Source: an uncultured Acidobacteriota bacterium
Lineage (GTDB): Bacteria > Acidobacteriota > Terriglobia > Terriglobales > Acidobacteriaceae
Direction: 5' to 3'
Assembly: GCA_963735815.1 (NCBI GenBank)
Contig: CAVTMJ010000011.1
Coordinates: 89,406-153,405 of the forward strand
Length of the DNA: 64,000 bases
Positions within the stretch are counted from its first letter, which is position 1; each line of letters begins with the position of its first letter. The notes beneath the pieces are model-generated. The model worked only from the letters and a program-made list of their open reading frames with translations. It had not been told where the DNA came from and did not search any database. Shown here one piece after another: positions 7,082 through 16,427 of the stretch. The position numbers and the translations under genes are program-made.

Positions 7082-8956
7082 TTATTTTGCCTTCAGGATG
7101 TCTGCCATCAGATCAGGCTTGCTTTCATCGCGAACCAGGCGCGGATACTTTTCGCCGTCGTGGTAGTTCAGTTTGAAAGTCTTGTAGTAGTCGGTGTTCT
7201 CGACCAGCAACTCGATCGGGTCGGTTCCCCCTTTGGCGCCTTTGATCGCGTCGTGCAGGACGTCGGCTGAGAAGCGGCGGCCGTTTACGGCGACGATCTT
7301 CATGCCGGGGCCGATTCCGGCTTTGGCAGCCATCATGCCTTCAATGGCGTCGATGACGGACCCGTCTTCGCGCAGGCGCAGTCCGACGGTGTAGATCTCG
7401 CGCACTTGACCGTCTTCGCGTTCGTCGCTGTGATAGTAGTCGGTGGGAGTCTCGTCGTAGGTAAGCTTCCACCCTGTCTGCTCGATTCCGCCGAGAGGTG
7501 CGCCCGGGCCGTGATTGGTCAGGCGCTCAATCCAGAAGCCTGCCCAGTCATAGGGCACCACCTGGTTCAGAGTCTTGATGACATCTTCAAACGTGTAGGG
7601 CTTCACCACGGGAGCGCCGCCGGGAGCGCCGTGAAACAGTTTGCAGAAATCGTCCAGAGACTTCTTGCCCTGGGATTGCTGGCGGATGATGGCGTCGGCC
7701 CACATCCAGTTCAGCGTGTCTTCATCGTAGAAGTCGGTTGAGCGGCGCCAGGAATACCAGGTTTTTGGTGCGAAGTAGAGTTGGGGCGCGGCGTCGGCTG
7801 TGTCCTGCAGATTGCGCCAGGTGCGGCCAGGAAGGTGGTCGAGGTCGGCGGCAACGCCGGCGAGGTATTCGCGGTACTGATCCGGCGTCCAGAGGCCGGC
7901 GCGCGCGGTGAGAATGCTGCCCAGATATTCGGTGAGGCCTTCATAGACCCAGAGCAGATCCGTTTGCATCTTCACCTGGTAGTCGGGTGTAGCGAGGCCT
8001 GCGGGGCGGCGATACTTGCCATTCCAGCTATGCACGTATTCGTGCGGGAGCAGGCTCGCCTCGAGTTTGCGATCCGTCTCATCGACTAGGCCGCGTTCCC
8101 CGACGCGGCTGTCGTCGGATTCATGATGCTCGAGCCCGAAGTGGGCCACGTGATCGCTGAGCGTGTACAGAAAGTGGTAGTGCTGGTAATGCTGGGCGCC
8201 GAAAAGCGCTCCGGCTTGCGCGACGAGATTCTTGTAGTGATCCCAAACTTCCTGAGGGGGCTCGAGGGCGGCGGCACTGTCGGCGGCCACATCGAGTTCG
8301 GCAGACGGCTGCCCGGTTGTGAGCGGCACTGCCTTCAGGTATTGGCCAGTGAGCACTGGAGAGTCGACCAGCATGGTGAGCGATACGGGGCTGAAATGAA
8401 GGTCGCCGCCATTCGCGTCGCTGACGGAAAGAGATGTCGCGTACTTCCAGCCGTCGGGAATTCGCAGGCTGGCGGAGTAGGTGATGTCGTCGCTCTTCCA
8501 CCCCTTGGGATAAAGGAGAACCTGGTTCCAACTTAAGATGAGCAGTTTGTCGGTCGCTGAGGAACCGGCGGAGAATCCTCCGACCAGATTTGCGGGCTCG
8601 AGGTAGTCGAGATCGGCGAGGACTTCGTTTACGCCCGTAGGAACTTCGACATTGATGGTCCAGCCATCGAGAAGATCGCGACGCCACTTTAAAGGCTTTC
8701 CGCTGGCCGAGAATTTCAATCCGGTGAGGTCGATGACGGGGCCGTCAGGCGCGTGCTCGCCGGGAATCCATTTGGGGTAGTACAACGTGAGGGTGCCCGG
8801 TGTCGCCGGAATGCGCAATTTCGCATGGATGATTTTGCGCGGGGCTTCTGTGGCATCGACCGCAATGGAGACAGTTGGACCGGCGGCAAAGGATCGCAGT
8901 ACAGACAGAATCAACACGGCGATTGCAGACACAACACGACCCCGGAAAGAGGACAT
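7082..8956 (-). CDS. M61 family glycyl aminopeptidase with a C-terminal PDZ domain, exported
   Basis: A signal peptide (MSSFRGRVVSAIAVLILSVLRSFAAG), the zinc motif LPHEYVHSWNGKYRRP (HExxH + WN) and PDZ-like GMKIVAVNGRRF. Confidence 0.85.
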   Translation of the reverse strand: MSSFRGRVVSAIAVLILSVLRSFAAGPTVSIAVDATEAPRKIIHAKLRIPATPGTLTLYYPKWIPGEHAPDGPVIDLTGLKFSASGKPLKWRRDLLDGWTINVEVPTGVNEVLADLDYLEPANLVGGFSAGSSATDKLLILSWNQVLLYPKGWKSDDITYSASLRIPDGWKYATSLSVSDANGGDLHFSPVSLTMLVDSPVLTGQYLKAVPLTTGQPSAELDVAADSAAALEPPQEVWDHYKNLVAQAGALFGAQHYQHYHFLYTLSDHVAHFGLEHHESDDSRVGERGLVDETDRKLEASLLPHEYVHSWNGKYRRPAGLATPDYQVKMQTDLLWVYEGLTEYLGSILTARAGLWTPDQYREYLAGVAADLDHLPGRTWRNLQDTADAAPQLYFAPKTWYSWRRSTDFYDEDTLNWMWADAIIRQQSQGKKSLDDFCKLFHGAPGGAPVVKPYTFEDVIKTLNQVVPYDWAGFWIERLTNHGPGAPLGGIEQTGWKLTYDETPTDYYHSDEREDGQVREIYTVGLRLREDGSVIDAIEGMMAAKAGIGPGMKIVAVNGRRFSADVLHDAIKGAKGGTDPIELLVENTDYYKTFKLNYHDGEKYPRLVRDESKPDLMADILKAK

Positions 8957-9112
8957 GCGGAAAGGCTCCTTGTGACCCCAAGCGTGCTCGGCGGACTCGC
9001 CGGCAAAGCGATGAATATATCAGGTTCAGGTCTTAGGGAATGGCGTGAGCGCCGTCGTGATTCGGAGGAACACTTCTGGGAGTGCGGTGAAAGTCGGTAG
9101 AATCGGAAGGTC

Positions 9113-9694
9113 ATGCGGGCACTTTGTGTTTTTTGCGGGGCCAATTTCGGGCGGCGTCCGGCTTACCGGGAGGCGGCGCAGCGGTTGGGGGATTTGCTGG
9201 CGCACCGCGGGATTACGCTGGTCTATGGTGGAGGGAATGTCGGGCTCATGGGGGCTTTGGCGGACGCTGCGCTGGCGGGTGGCGGTCGCGTGATTGGCGT
9301 GATTCCGCGCGCGCTGGTTGAGAAGGAAATCGCGCACCAGGGGCTCAGCGAAATGCGCGTGGTGGGCTCAATGCACGAGCGCAAAGCCATGATGGCCGAT
9401 CTGGCAGATGCCTTCCTGACCTTACCCGGTGGCTTTGGAACGTGGGACGAGTTTTGCGAGGCGCTGACCTGGTCGCAGCTCGGCCTGCAGACGAAGGCAT
9501 GCGCTTTTCTCAACGTCGAAGGGTACTACGATGCTCTGCTGGCGCTGACGGAGCGGGCTGCGGAGGATGGCTTTATTCGGAGCGAGCATCGGGAGCTTTT
9601 GCTGGTCGGCGATGATGTCGCAGAACTGCTCGATCGATTGCGCGACTATGAAGTGCCGTACGTGCCGAAGTGGGTAGGGAGAGCGGAGCGGTAG
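9113..9694 (+). CDS. LOG family (TIGR00730) nucleotide phosphoribohydrolase
   Basis: VFCGANFG...LVYGGGNVGLMG...PGGFGTWDEFCEALTWSQLG is the PGGxGTxxE LOG signature. Confidence 0.9.
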   Translation: MRALCVFCGANFGRRPAYREAAQRLGDLLAHRGITLVYGGGNVGLMGALADAALAGGGRVIGVIPRALVEKEIAHQGLSEMRVVGSMHERKAMMADLADAFLTLPGGFGTWDEFCEALTWSQLGLQTKACAFLNVEGYYDALLALTERAAEDGFIRSEHRELLLVGDDVAELLDRLRDYEVPYVPKWVGRAER

Positions 9695-9770
9695 GGTCGC
9701 TTTCTCCGGACGCGGCGGAGTGAAATGTCTTGTAGCGGCGACAACGCTGCCTGGAAACGCGAGGGTCTCC

Positions 9771-9821
9771 TCGACTTCGTTCGGCTATCGCCTCACTTCG
9801 CTCGGGATGACAATTTCTAAA
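9771..9821. repeat. REP-like element, second copy of the GTCATCC(C/T)GAGCGAAG family
   Basis: The reverse complement reads GTCATCCCGAGCGAAGTGAGGCGATAGCCGAACGAAGTCGAGGAGACCC. It lies in the LOG-tmk spacer. Confidence 0.45.
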
Positions 9822-9920
9822 AGCGTCATCTAAGCGGGATGACTTTTTCTTAGAGGACACTCCCGGAAATGAGAATTTTGCGGGACTGACACCATCCTTC
9901 GAGTCCTTTATTATCCATTC

Positions 9921-10604
9921 GTGTCCAATTCACATCGCGGGAAGTTCATTACGTTTGAGGGCCTGGACGGGACGGGCAAGAGCACCCAGATTGAAAAACT
10001 GGCGAAGGCTTTGCGCGCTCGCGGCATCTCGGTGGTGGTGACGCGGGAACCGGGGGGGACCGAGACCGGGGAGAAGATTCGTGAGGTGATTTTGTATTCG
10101 GGAACGACCGGACTTTCTCCGATGGCGGAGATGGCTTTAATGTTTGCTTCGCGTGCGCAGCATATTCGCGAGGTCATTGAGCCGGCCGTGACCGCGGGGA
10201 AGGTTGTGCTCTGCGACCGGTTCACAGATTCAACGGAGGCTTACCAGGGGGCAGGGCGCAAGCTGGGCAGCAAGGCGGTGCTCGAACTGCATCGCATCCT
10301 GTGCGCTGACCTGCAGCCGGACCTGACCATCCTGATGGACTCCGACTTGGCACGCAGCGTGGAACGCGCGCGGCGGCGCAACCAGAGATCGTCGATGAAC
10401 GGGCGCCATCAGAAAGATGAGAACCGCTTTGAGCAGGAGAACCGGGCGTTCTTCGGGCGAGTGCGCCATGGATATCTTGCGATCGCCAAACGCGAGGCTG
10501 ACCGGGTGGCGGTGATTGATGCTCGCGGAACCCCTGCGCAGACACACACAAAGATTCTGGAGGCGGTACTGCGACGACTACGAATCCCGGCCAAGGCCCA
10601 CTGA
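9921..10604 (+). CDS. tmk: dTMP (thymidylate) kinase
   Basis: The GKFITFEGLDGTGKSTQ P-loop, TREPGGT and the DRFTDSTEAYQG motif. GTG start. Confidence 0.92.
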   Translation: MSNSHRGKFITFEGLDGTGKSTQIEKLAKALRARGISVVVTREPGGTETGEKIREVILYSGTTGLSPMAEMALMFASRAQHIREVIEPAVTAGKVVLCDRFTDSTEAYQGAGRKLGSKAVLELHRILCADLQPDLTILMDSDLARSVERARRRNQRSSMNGRHQKDENRFEQENRAFFGRVRHGYLAIAKREADRVAVIDARGTPAQTHTKILEAVLRRLRIPAKAH

Positions 10605-10629
10605 CAACCTCATCGGAAAGATACAATCA

Positions 10630-11622
10630 ATGCTTATGCGGAAGTCTTTATCTCCTTCACTGCGTTGCTTCGTGGTTGCGTTCTCGTTGTGCCTGTCCTC
10701 AGCCGACGCGCAGGCGTCTGGCCGACCCGCGCATACGCAGGTCAAGACTCTCAAGGTCACGATTCTTTCGACCATGCTGGCCGATCGAGGCATCGGCGAA
10801 TGGGGTTTCGCAGCTCTAGTGGAGAGCGATGGCCACCGCATTCTGGTGGATACGGGAGCGCGGCCGGAGACTGTGCTCACGAATGCGCGCGAACTGGACG
10901 TTGATCTCAGCGATGTAAAAGAAGTAATCCTGACGCACAACCACGATGATCACGTGGGCGGCTTGCTCACCTTGCGCCGCGAATTGATGAAGAAAAATCC
11001 CAGCGCGCTCTCGGTGGCACACGTGGGGAAGGGCATCTTTTACAGCCGGCCTGAAGGGGACGGGAAAGAGGGCAATCCGATGGTTGCCATACGGCAGGAG
11101 TACGAGAGCACCGGCGGCAAATTCATCGAGCACGATCAAGCGGTCGAGGTTTTCCCAGGCGCGTGGCTCACCGGGCCGGTTCCGCGCACCTATCCGGAAC
11201 ATAACTGGTCGGTAAAGGGGAAAGTGAAAACACCGGACGGTTTGGTCGAGGATACCATCCCGGAGGATCAATCCCTGGTTCTCAATACTCCGAAGGGGCT
11301 GGTGATGGTTACCGGGTGCGGGCATGCGGGAGTGATAAACATCCTGACGTTCGCCGAGAAGGAATTTCCCGACACTCCCGTCTATGCCGTCCTGGGCGGA
11401 GTGCATCTTTTTCCGGCAACCGACCAGCAGATTGATTGGACTGCCGACAAGTTGAAAGGGTTCGGGCTGTCTTATTTGGTGGGCGCCCACTGCACCGGGA
11501 TTGAAAGTGTCTACCAGATCCGCGAGCGGCTGGGGCTTTCGCGGCAATCCGCAGTGGTGGGCGCAGTAGGCGCAACGTTTGTGCTGGGCGAGGGAATCCA
11601 CCCGGGACTGATCGCTCAGTAG
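10630..11622 (+). CDS. exported MBL-fold metallo-hydrolase (COG1237-like)
   Basis: A signal peptide (MLMRKSLSPSLRCFVVAFSLCLSSADAQA) and the THNHDDHVGG (HxHxDH) motif. The ORF-track start at 10516 overlaps tmk and is unlikely. Confidence 0.8.
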   Translation: MLMRKSLSPSLRCFVVAFSLCLSSADAQASGRPAHTQVKTLKVTILSTMLADRGIGEWGFAALVESDGHRILVDTGARPETVLTNARELDVDLSDVKEVILTHNHDDHVGGLLTLRRELMKKNPSALSVAHVGKGIFYSRPEGDGKEGNPMVAIRQEYESTGGKFIEHDQAVEVFPGAWLTGPVPRTYPEHNWSVKGKVKTPDGLVEDTIPEDQSLVLNTPKGLVMVTGCGHAGVINILTFAEKEFPDTPVYAVLGGVHLFPATDQQIDWTADKLKGFGLSYLVGAHCTGIESVYQIRERLGLSRQSAVVGAVGATFVLGEGIHPGLIAQ

Positions 11623-11660
11623 GCTGTGTTAACGGCTAAGAGTATTGCGGTTTTCGCAAG

Positions 11661-12281
11661 CTAGTATTCGGCAACCACCTTGGGCTGGGCTTCCATCAGC
11701 CTCGCCGTAGCAGTTTTACGCGCCAGTCGCAGGTGTTTCGTGGCCGTCACGAAGCAAGACATCGCGCCGCCGAAAGTGAACCAACTCTGCGTAAAGAAGG
11801 AAACCGCAAGAAACAACGCCGAGAAGCCGTAGAGTTCCACCGCCGACATTCGCAGACTGAGCGGGCGGGAGTACTGGATTCGCCCTTGGACAGCGACGGA
11901 CCCCGTGATTGCTCGAAACAGAAACAGGTTGCGGAAGTGGCGAATGTGAATGGCCAACTCCACTGACACCATGGCGCCGAACACCATCTGGTAAAGCGCA
12001 ATCGTGGATTGCCAGGAGCACCACCAGGTGGCCACCAACCAAACTTCTGTCCAAAGCAACGCAGCGATGAAGCGCGGGCTGATAGCTCGCAGAGAATCGA
12101 TATCAGCCTGGAAGTACGGCGTAATTTCGTAGCTACCTTCGAACTCTATCTTTTCACGCACCCCCCGTTGATACAGGCGCGCACATATCAGCGTGAGGTA
12201 GTAATCAGAGGTGTACAGAACACCCCAGAAGACCAACCCTGGCCAAAGTGATTCGAAGAAGTAAGTGTCGAGACCCGTCAT
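11661..12281 (-). CDS. hypothetical integral membrane protein
   Basis: 206-aa ORF with about 5 hydrophobic helices rich in Trp/Phe. No recognisable family. Confidence 0.55.
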   Translation of the reverse strand: MTGLDTYFFESLWPGLVFWGVLYTSDYYLTLICARLYQRGVREKIEFEGSYEITPYFQADIDSLRAISPRFIAALLWTEVWLVATWWCSWQSTIALYQMVFGAMVSVELAIHIRHFRNLFLFRAITGSVAVQGRIQYSRPLSLRMSAVELYGFSALFLAVSFFTQSWFTFGGAMSCFVTATKHLRLARKTATARLMEAQPKVVAEY

Positions 12282-12413
12282 AGTTTTCTTCTCAACTTCT
12301 TAGAAGCAGAACACGGACCTATCGGGGTTTCAAGATTACCGGCGGGCGATGCCGGGTCTGCGACGAACAAGGCTGGCTCTGCGAGAACTCTGCTTGCGTG
12401 GTAATTTTGATGA

Positions 12414-13508
12414 ATGCCTTTTTCCGATTTTCATGGCAATCCGGAGATCATTCATCGCCTGCGCGACATGCTGGCGCGCGGGCACTTTCCGCACGCCATG
12501 ATCCTGGCCGGGCCAACCGGGTCCGGAAAATACACTTTGGCGCTCATGCTGGCCAAGACCATGAACTGCCTTGACCCACAGGTGAGCGACGGACTGCCGG
12601 ATTTCTGCGGAAAGTGTTCGAATTGCGCCCGCATCGATCAGGCGGCCAATCTTGATGCCCGTTTTGCGGAAGCCGTAGAGGCTCGCGAAAATCTGCGCGA
12701 CACCGACAAGAAGGAAACGCGCATTCTGGTGCAGACTCATCCGGATGTGCTGGTGATTCCGCCCGACCCACCGCAGATGATGATCAAGGTCGACCAGGTG
12801 CGAAAGGTCATTGAATCGATCTACTACCGTCCGGCGGAAGCCAAAGAACGCGTCTACATCTTTACCGATTCGACCTTCATGAAAGAGGCGGCGAACTCTC
12901 TGCTCAAGGTTCTGGAGGAGCCCCCGGAGTTCGCAACGATATTTCTGCTGACCGACAACGTGGGCGAACTGCTGCCGACGATCCGGTCGCGGGCGATGAC
13001 GTTTACGCTGGGCGCTTTGAGTTCGGAAGAGATCGACCTGGATCTCGCCAAGCAGCACCCGGAGTGGACCGCGAAGCAACGCAGCCTGGTGGCGCGCCTT
13101 TCGGAAGGGGCGGTGGGCCGGGCCCGTGGATTTGATCTCGCCAAGTACAGCGGCGCGCGGGCGAACGCTATGACCGTCCTGAATACTGCTTTGCGCACGG
13201 GAGACCATAGTGATCTCTTCAAGGTCACCGAGACCTATCGTCCAGGCGCCGATGGACGCGACAAGATCGAGCAGCTTATACGGGCTCTTTACTCCTTGCT
13301 GCAGGACTTAATGTTTCTGAATTCTGGGGCGCCAGAACTGGTGCACAACACCGACATCCAAGGGGAACTTCAGAAACTTGCAGGGACGGCCGATTTCGCC
13401 TGGATCGTGCTGGCGACCGAACGGCTGGCAGAAGTGGAACGCGGCATGAGGCGGAATCTGCTGCGGTCGTTGTCGTTGGATGGGTTCGCAACGGCGGTGG
13501 AAATTTAG
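12414..13508 (+). CDS. holB: DNA polymerase III delta' subunit
   Basis: HAMILAGPTGSGKYTLALMLAKTMNC, the zinc module CGKCSNCARI, and SRAMTFTL (SRC-like). Confidence 0.85.
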   Translation: MPFSDFHGNPEIIHRLRDMLARGHFPHAMILAGPTGSGKYTLALMLAKTMNCLDPQVSDGLPDFCGKCSNCARIDQAANLDARFAEAVEARENLRDTDKKETRILVQTHPDVLVIPPDPPQMMIKVDQVRKVIESIYYRPAEAKERVYIFTDSTFMKEAANSLLKVLEEPPEFATIFLLTDNVGELLPTIRSRAMTFTLGALSSEEIDLDLAKQHPEWTAKQRSLVARLSEGAVGRARGFDLAKYSGARANAMTVLNTALRTGDHSDLFKVTETYRPGADGRDKIEQLIRALYSLLQDLMFLNSGAPELVHNTDIQGELQKLAGTADFAWIVLATERLAEVERGMRRNLLRSLSLDGFATAVEI

Positions 13509-13647
13509 CAGCGGCCTTCGAGCTACGAGTAACGTGCTCGGGGCCAAAGTTTCGCGGGTATCCTTCAAATATAAGCGCTTCCACATCTGCCGCCGCTATT
13601 CCCACACCCGCCCGAAGTCTTTGCCCCTCCATCACTTAAGGATTGTC

Positions 13648-13676
13648 TTGTTTCCGGTTCCTGTGCTACGTTAAAT
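13648..13676 (+). promoter_or_regulatory. candidate sigma70-type promoter upstream of the Hfq-like gene
   Basis: TTGTTT, 17-nt spacer, TTAAAT. It lies about 80 nt upstream of ATG 13756. Confidence 0.3.
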
Positions 13677-13755
13677 GAAAGTCCACGCCTTATTTCCACA
13701 TACACAGCAGGAGTGTGGTGGCCGGCGCCCTGGATGCGTGTAAGCAGGTGGTGCC

Positions 13756-14145
13756 ATGAAGGATGTAATCGATTCCATGCCAACGGAACGTCCGCTCGAG
13801 CAGGAAGGGTTTGCCAACCGGAAACTGATCCGGCCCTCCCTGAACCGCAACGACCACAATTCGAATCACACTCAGGCCCCCATGGAAAGACGTGAACGCC
13901 CCGCTGGCGGCGGTAAGAAAGCTGCGCCTCCCGAGACCACAAATGCCGAGAACTTCTACTACCAGAAGCAGATGCAGGGCAAGACCCCGATGGTGATCGT
14001 ACTGCGCGACGGCGAGGAGATCCACGGGGTCATCGAGTGGTACGACAAGCATTGTCTGAAGGTGAACCGCTCGTCCCAGTCAAACCTGGTGATCTATAAG
14101 CCGGCCATTAAGTACATGTACAAAGAAGGCGAGAATTCCCGGTAA
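13756..14145 (+). CDS. Sm/Hfq-like RNA-binding protein with an N-terminal extension of about 60 aa
   Basis: The C-terminal half, FYYQKQMQGKTPMVIVLRDGEEIHGVIEWYDKHCLKVNR...NLVIYKPAIKYMY, aligns by eye with Hfq Sm1 (VxIxLxNGxxLxGxIxxFD) and Sm2 (YKHAI). Confidence 0.6.
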   Translation: MKDVIDSMPTERPLEQEGFANRKLIRPSLNRNDHNSNHTQAPMERRERPAGGGKKAAPPETTNAENFYYQKQMQGKTPMVIVLRDGEEIHGVIEWYDKHCLKVNRSSQSNLVIYKPAIKYMYKEGENSR

Positions 14146-14326
14146 AGGCGACCGGTGGTCTTGCTACTTTCGATACGTGCAGGTACTTCCGACAGTGTTT
14201 CCCTGCTAGGTCCTGCAATCTCCGAGTGCTATACTCCGCTGCAACAACCCTCTAATTGAGCCATTTTCGTCGCGTCTGGCCGAGATGCCGGGTCGGAGTG
14301 TCGACCTTCGCCAGAGGGAGCGGGAT

Positions 14327-15220
14327 ATGAGCACGATCGCCTTCACAGAGCCGCAAAGTTTCGCTGCGCGTCAGCCTTTGACACGGCGGATCGCGCCGCG
14401 CCGCAACGTGGCTGTTCCGTTGAATGTCACGATTTTACGGTCGGGTGTGCCGGACTCTGTGCCCGGACGCTCACTGGACGTTGGCGAAGGCGGAATTGGC
14501 GCGGTACTCGCCGCAGAGTTATTTCCCGGAGAATTGGTGGGCGTCGAATTCCGCCTGCCGGATTCCACCCCGGTGCTCGCCAAGGCGAGGGTTTGTTACC
14601 AGGAAAGACTTCGTTGCGGACTGCAGTTTTTGTCGATTCCGCCCGACCAAAGAGAAATGTTGGGAGCGTGGTCGCTCGACGTTCCGAAGCGCACTGCACA
14701 AACCCTAGCTACTCCTAAGACCCCTCTCGCCGCCAGGCCCGTTCATCGCGCTGAGGCGCCCTTGCCGAAGTTCCTGGCTGATTCCTCTCCACGCACGGAG
14801 AAAACGCCCGCCTATTTGAAGCGCAAGATTTTCATGCTGCTGGCAGCGTCGGTAATTGTGGCCGGAGGCGTAGGCTGGTGGCAGTGGCAGCAGGGTTGGG
14901 AAGAACTGGAATCGCGTTTGCCCGGACGATCCGCGGAAGTGGCGCAGGCTCCAGTATCGGTTGGCTTTGAGGTGATGCAACGCCTGCTGGTGCACAAAGT
15001 CGATCCGATGGCGCCTGCTGCTGACCGGATTCGCGGAGTGGCAGTCGTCTCAGCAGTGATCGGGCGGGACGGATCCGTCATCAATGTTCGGCCGGTCAGT
15101 GGTCCGGAAGGATTGACTCGCGCGGCCATGGACGCAGTGCAGTGGTGGAAATTTGAGCCTTACCGGCAGAACGGCGTTCCCTTGGAAGTAGAGACTTCCC
15201 TGGCCATCGAATTCCGCTAG
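14327..15220 (+). CDS. PilZ domain - transmembrane helix - TonB C-terminal domain fusion protein
   Basis: The N-terminus has RRNVAVPLNV...LDVGEGGIGAV (PilZ-like). A TM helix IFMLLAASVIVAGGVGWW follows. The C-terminus IRGVAVVSAVIGRDGSVINVRPVSGPEGLTRAAMDAVQWWKFEPY is TonB_C-like. GGGAG lies upstream of ATG 14327. Confidence 0.7.
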   Translation: MSTIAFTEPQSFAARQPLTRRIAPRRNVAVPLNVTILRSGVPDSVPGRSLDVGEGGIGAVLAAELFPGELVGVEFRLPDSTPVLAKARVCYQERLRCGLQFLSIPPDQREMLGAWSLDVPKRTAQTLATPKTPLAARPVHRAEAPLPKFLADSSPRTEKTPAYLKRKIFMLLAASVIVAGGVGWWQWQQGWEELESRLPGRSAEVAQAPVSVGFEVMQRLLVHKVDPMAPAADRIRGVAVVSAVIGRDGSVINVRPVSGPEGLTRAAMDAVQWWKFEPYRQNGVPLEVETSLAIEFR

Positions 15221-15256
15221 ATTTTTACCGAGAAGAAGCTGCCTGCAATTGCTTCG

Positions 15257-15640
15257 TCACTTCTGTGCGATGCGGTTCTTGCGAATTCCATCCAATACAA
15301 CAAAGCTACTGGTGCCAAAGCACCCCACGGCGATCAGCGCTGCTACCTGGTAAAGGTCTGAGCCCAGGCGCAGCCGGTCGGCGAACAGAGCACATAGCGC
15401 GCACACAATTCCGATGATATTGAGCCACTGTGGAACTCGTATCTGCGCGGGAGATGCCTGGCGCAGGCGCCGCTGAAACAGCACAGCGGCGAGCCCGATG
15501 GCAGCCAGCACCACCGCTGCGATCGGACTGTGAAAGGCGGCGCCGCGGGTGTAAATCACGACTAAAGCGATGGCCAGTATGAGCAGGCCGGCAGCGATCA
15601 CCGTCCAACGGCGAGACGTATTCGTCGAAAGTTCAGGCAA
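15257..15640 (-). CDS. small hypothetical membrane protein (start uncertain)
   Basis: Four hydrophobic helices. The long ORF (to 15805) would overlap the LuxR gene, so I chose an internal TTG at 15640. Confidence 0.4.
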   Translation of the reverse strand: MPELSTNTSRRWTVIAAGLLILAIALVVIYTRGAAFHSPIAAVVLAAIGLAAVLFQRRLRQASPAQIRVPQWLNIIGIVCALCALFADRLRLGSDLYQVAALIAVGCFGTSSFVVLDGIRKNRIAQK

Positions 15641-15716
15641 GTGGGTTCTATAGGAAGACGAACCCCATTGTAGACAGAGTGCCGCCGAGTTGCGAGTGCG
15701 AAGATGCCGGGTGCCA

Positions 15717-16427
15717 TCAGTCCGTGCCCGGCAGCCATTCTGCGGCGCGATGATCGCCGTGGTGGACAGCGTATAGCACCAGTTCCACTCGGGTGGAGAT
15801 GCCAAGCTTATCGAAGATCCGAAACAGGTATTTCTTCACCGTATGCTCACTGAGGGCCAGTTCCTGGGCGATCTCTCGATTGGAAAGACCTTCCGCTACC
15901 AAGGCCACAACCTGTTCCTCGCGTGGAGTGACGAGCGCTTGCCCGTCCGCATTGACCACCCTCAACGATGGCACCTGGGAAACCAGGTCGATCAGATAGT
16001 CGATCTGCTGCGCGGTGGCCCAAATCTGGCCGCGATGAACCACTTGTATGCACTTGCAGAGCGCCCGGAATGGAGATATCGAAAAGCAGAACAGGCCCCG
16101 AGCGCCGGAACGGAACGCATTCACGGCCAGTTCCCGGTCCACGGATTCCAGCACCAGAACCTTCGCCACCTTTGGAAATGTGATGTGGATTCGACGGAGT
16201 ACAGCCATGTCCTGCCAGGTTGATCCGTTGCCATTAGAGGCCAGCAGAACTACGTCGTGAGCGGAATTGGCCAGAAGTTTGAGGACCTCTTCCGTCTCCA
16301 GGACACAAGAGTCGACCTTGAGTTCAGGGCGCCGACGGAGGGCCCTGGTTAGAAGTTGCAGTTGCATTTGGCTGGAATCCGCGACCAGCACCCGGATCGG
16401 ACTACTGATAGGTTCTTTAATACTCAT
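15717..16427 (-). CDS. LuxR/FixJ-family transcriptional regulator with a degenerate (pseudo-)receiver domain
   Basis: The C-terminal HTH is TPREEQVVALVAEGLSNREIAQELALSEHTVKKYLFRIFDKLG. The N-terminal REC-like fold has A at the phospho-acceptor position (DVVLLASNG versus DLILLDLNMPG in NarL). Confidence 0.85.
   Translation of the reverse strand: MSIKEPISSPIRVLVADSSQMQLQLLTRALRRRPELKVDSCVLETEEVLKLLANSAHDVVLLASNGNGSTWQDMAVLRRIHITFPKVAKVLVLESVDRELAVNAFRSGARGLFCFSISPFRALCKCIQVVHRGQIWATAQQIDYLIDLVSQVPSLRVVNADGQALVTPREEQVVALVAEGLSNREIAQELALSEHTVKKYLFRIFDKLGISTRVELVLYAVHHGDHRAAEWLPGTD

Noticed and set aside
10816-11601. A 261-aa minus-strand ORF.
   Set aside because: Antisense shadow of the MBL-fold hydrolase gene.
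12336-13208. A 290-aa minus-strand ORF.
   Set aside because: Antisense shadow of holB, which has clear family motifs on the plus strand.
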